DNA of 32,000 nucleotides, taken from the NCBI RefSeq assembly GCF_965263415.1, contig NZ_OZ253671.1:1322347-1354346 (forward strand), in the 5' to 3' direction. This document shows positions 30,001 through 32,000 of the stretch, in pieces. The number at the start of each line of letters is the position of its first letter. The stretch's first letter is position 1. The position numbers were made by a program, and so were the translations under genes. This DNA comes from Nitrosopumilus sp. (GTDB taxonomy: Archaea; Thermoproteota; Nitrososphaeria; Nitrososphaerales; Nitrosopumilaceae). The notes beneath the pieces were generated by a model. It was given only the letters and a program-made list of their open reading frames with translations. It did no database searches and was not told where the DNA came from.

Positions 30001-32000
30001 TTACTCTTTATCGATGAATTCGTTTGCACCTGGAGGATCTGGTGCAAGTCCTTTTCTCTTTCTAATATCAGCAACAGCTGTTGCCAACATTGACTTTGGA
30101 ACTTCGGTCCATTCTTTGAATGAAGTATTCCATGTTGCACGTCCTGCTGTTTGACCTCTCATCTCTTCAGACAAGGTAAAGGTTTCAGAAGCTGGAATTT
30201 CACCAGTAACAATGCTTGATGCGCCTTTTTGAGACATGTCCAAAACTTTACCACGTTTTCCAGAAAGAACTGTTGCAACATTTCCAACTAGATCAGTTGG
30301 AACACGTACTTCAATAGCTAAAGTTGGTTCCAAGACAGCTGTTCCTGCAGTTAGTAATGCACCCATGCATGCTCTACGAGATGCAGGACCTAATTGAGAC
30401 AAACCTCTGTGTGCAGTATCCTCGTGAGGAACAAAGTGAGTAAATATGAACTTACAATCCCTCATCTGTTCTTTACAAAGAGGGCCTTCTTTCATTACTT
30501 CATCAAATCCAGAATTAATAGAATCAGTTGATTCTTGTACAAATTGAACACCTTTTGTTCCGTTAATCAAAACATTACCACGAGAATCAAATTTCATAAC
30601 TCTCTTAATTGTATCAGTATCCCATCCTGCACCTTTGAGTAAATCAGAAACTACTTTCTTGTCTTTCATATCACTGATTTCACCAGTTCTAAGCATATGT
30701 GCAATTTCTGGCTCTAAAGGTTCAACTTTCATGAAAATTTTGTTGTGTCTGTTTGGGGATTTTGCCATGATTGGCTCACATCCAGCTTTTACAGTTTCTC
30801 TATAGTTAATCAAAGGTTCTGAGGTGACAATTTCACATTTTGCATCCTGAATTCTATGTGTTGCAACATCCAAGTGTAAAACACCCATTCCTGCAACAAT
30901 AGTTTCACCACTTTCCTCATCTATTTTTACAATAAGGTTTGGGTCTTCAATTGTAAGTTGTCTTAAAATTTCAACGAGTTTAGGTAAATCTTTAGGATGT
31001 TTTGGTTCAATTGCAACTTGAACTACGGGTTCTGAAACATATTTGACACCTTCAAACATTGGAATGTCTTTAACAGTAGATAATGTGTTACCTGCTCTAG
31101 CTTCAGTTAATCCTAATAGTGCAGGAATGTTTCCAGCTCCAAGTTCTCCAACTTGTTCTCTTTGGTTTCCCATGAAAAAGTTTACAGATTGAACTCTTCC
31201 TTCACGTTTTTCATCTATGATTTGAATGGATTGGCCATCTTTGATAGTTCCAGAGAACAGCCTTCCAATTGCAACAGGGCCTGCTGCAGGATCTAATACC
31301 ATGTTTACAATCATCATAATTGTTGGGCCACTGTCATCACAAGCAAGTAATGCCTTTCCAACATCTGAATCCAAATCACCTTTCCAAATTTGTGGAATTC
31401 TGTATTTTACGGCTTCAGCAGGTGCAGGATGATGTTTTACAACCATTCCAAGTACTGCATCAGCTAGTGGTGCTTTCTCAACAAGGTCAGCGACCTTTTC
31501 ATTTTCATATGCGTCAATAACATCTTTGAATGTAATTCCTCTCTCTTTCATCAAATCAACATTGATTGCCCACCTGTCTTTTGCAGAGCCAAATGTTACA
31601 CTAGCATCTTGAATTGAAACTTTCCATTTTTCTTTGTATTCAGGTTCAGCATAAGTGTCAATTAATTGGTTAAAGTTTGAAACAACTTCTGCAAGTTGTG
31701 CTTGCATTTTTTCAGGGGTTAAACGTAATTCTTTGATGAGTCTATCTACTTTATTGATAAACAATACAGGTTTTACTCTCTCTTCAAGTGCCATTCTAGT
31801 TACAGTTTCAGTCTGAGTCATGATACCTTCAACTGCATCACATACAACTACTGCACCATCAATTGCTCTAAGACTACGAATTACCCTTCCACTAAAGTCA
31901 ACGTGTCCAGGGGTATCAATCATGTTAATGACATATTCTTTGTCTTTTTGTTGGAAAAGTAAAGTAACATTTGCTTGATAAATTGTGATTCCTCTTTGTT
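30001..32000 (-). CDS. fusA: Translation elongation factor 2 (aEF-2), 5' end outside the window
   Basis: DTPGHVDF and NKVDR G-domain motifs. Domains II-V are collinear with EF-2/EF-G. The diphthamide-loop His is in EDTAHRG. The reading frame stays open upstream of the listed Met to the window edge. Confidence 0.95.
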   Translation of the reverse strand, partial: QRGITIYQANVTLLFQQKDKEYVINMIDTPGHVDFSGRVIRSLRAIDGAVVVCDAVEGIMTQTETVTRMALEERVKPVLFINKVDRLIKELRLTPEKMQAQLAEVVSNFNQLIDTYAEPEYKEKWKVSIQDASVTFGSAKDRWAINVDLMKERGITFKDVIDAYENEKVADLVEKAPLADAVLGMVVKHHPAPAEAVKYRIPQIWKGDLDSDVGKALLACDDSGPTIMMIVNMVLDPAAGPVAIGRLFSGTIKDGQSIQIIDEKREGRVQSVNFFMGNQREQVGELGAGNIPALLGLTEARAGNTLSTVKDIPMFEGVKYVSEPVVQVAIEPKHPKDLPKLVEILRQLTIEDPNLIVKIDEESGETIVAGMGVLHLDVATHRIQDAKCEIVTSEPLINYRETVKAGCEPIMAKSPNRHNKIFMKVEPLEPEIAHMLRTGEISDMKDKKVVSDLLKGAGWDTDTIKRVMKFDSRGNVLINGTKGVQFVQESTDSINSGFDEVMKEGPLCKEQMRDCKFIFTHFVPHEDTAHRGLSQLGPASRRACMGALLTAGTAVLEPTLAIEVRVPTDLVGNVATVLSGKRGKVLDMSQKGASSIVTGEIPASETFTLSEEMRGQTAGRATWNTSFKEWTEVPKSMLATAVADIRKRKGLAPDPPGANEFIDKE

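Noticed and set aside
29925-30140. 71-aa ORF overlapping the 3' end of aEF-2 in another frame.
   Set aside because: It is a shadow ORF of a highly conserved gene.

Overview
This is an AT-rich (about one-third G+C by eye), gene-dense archaeal chromosome segment. The gene content fits an ammonia-oxidising thaumarchaeon of the Nitrosopumilus type: archaeal PurP, split PurS/PurQ/PurL, aEF-2, TatC/TatA, UbiX, many small Zn-ribbon and ORFan proteins, and TATA boxes about 25 nt upstream of start codons. That taxon call rests on recognition and is unverified.

Recognisable content:
- tRNA-Asn(GTT).
- A tightly packed minus-strand purine operon, purQ-purL-purF-DUF427-(membrane protein)-purC, with purS just upstream and purP elsewhere.
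- An ArsR-type regulator, a PPOX-family flavoprotein, tatC-tatA, an SRPBCC protein and ubiX.
- A DUF151 nuclease-family protein, a CBS-pair::TrkH-type K+ transporter fusion and a family-3 O-methyltransferase.
- The C-terminal ~650 codons of aEF-2, which run off the window end.

I saw no rRNA, CRISPR array, transposase or integrase.

Signals not explained by ordinary annotation:
1. A 30-bp perfect palindrome occurs in identical or near-identical copies, always just past gene 3' ends.
2. A 134-aa Lys/Ala/Pro-rich linker-histone-like protein carries a perfect 72-bp tandem duplication.
3. A 0.5-kb non-coding gap carries repeated TAGGCR and poly-C/poly-G motifs.
4. Several real-looking genes fall below the 60-aa ORF cutoff: an RHH protein with a leaderless-type TATA box, a DUF1059 protein hidden antisense to a longer spurious ORF, a 32-aa Zn-ribbon, a 50-aa basic protein with a hairpin+T-tract terminator, and a small TM protein.
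5. A decayed CBS-domain pseudogene sits inside the pur cluster.
6. A GC-rich structured element with mutually exclusive helices lies downstream of purP.
7. An ~8-kb ORFan block (21992-29924) contains paralogous wHTH proteins, a PIN-like/Zn-ribbon/DUF1059 cluster, a small KTISN...MFPD coiled-coil family, and a 504-aa coiled-coil protein with duplicated GNGDPGRL modules and a basic tail.

All functional calls come from reading the translated sequence. No database search was run.
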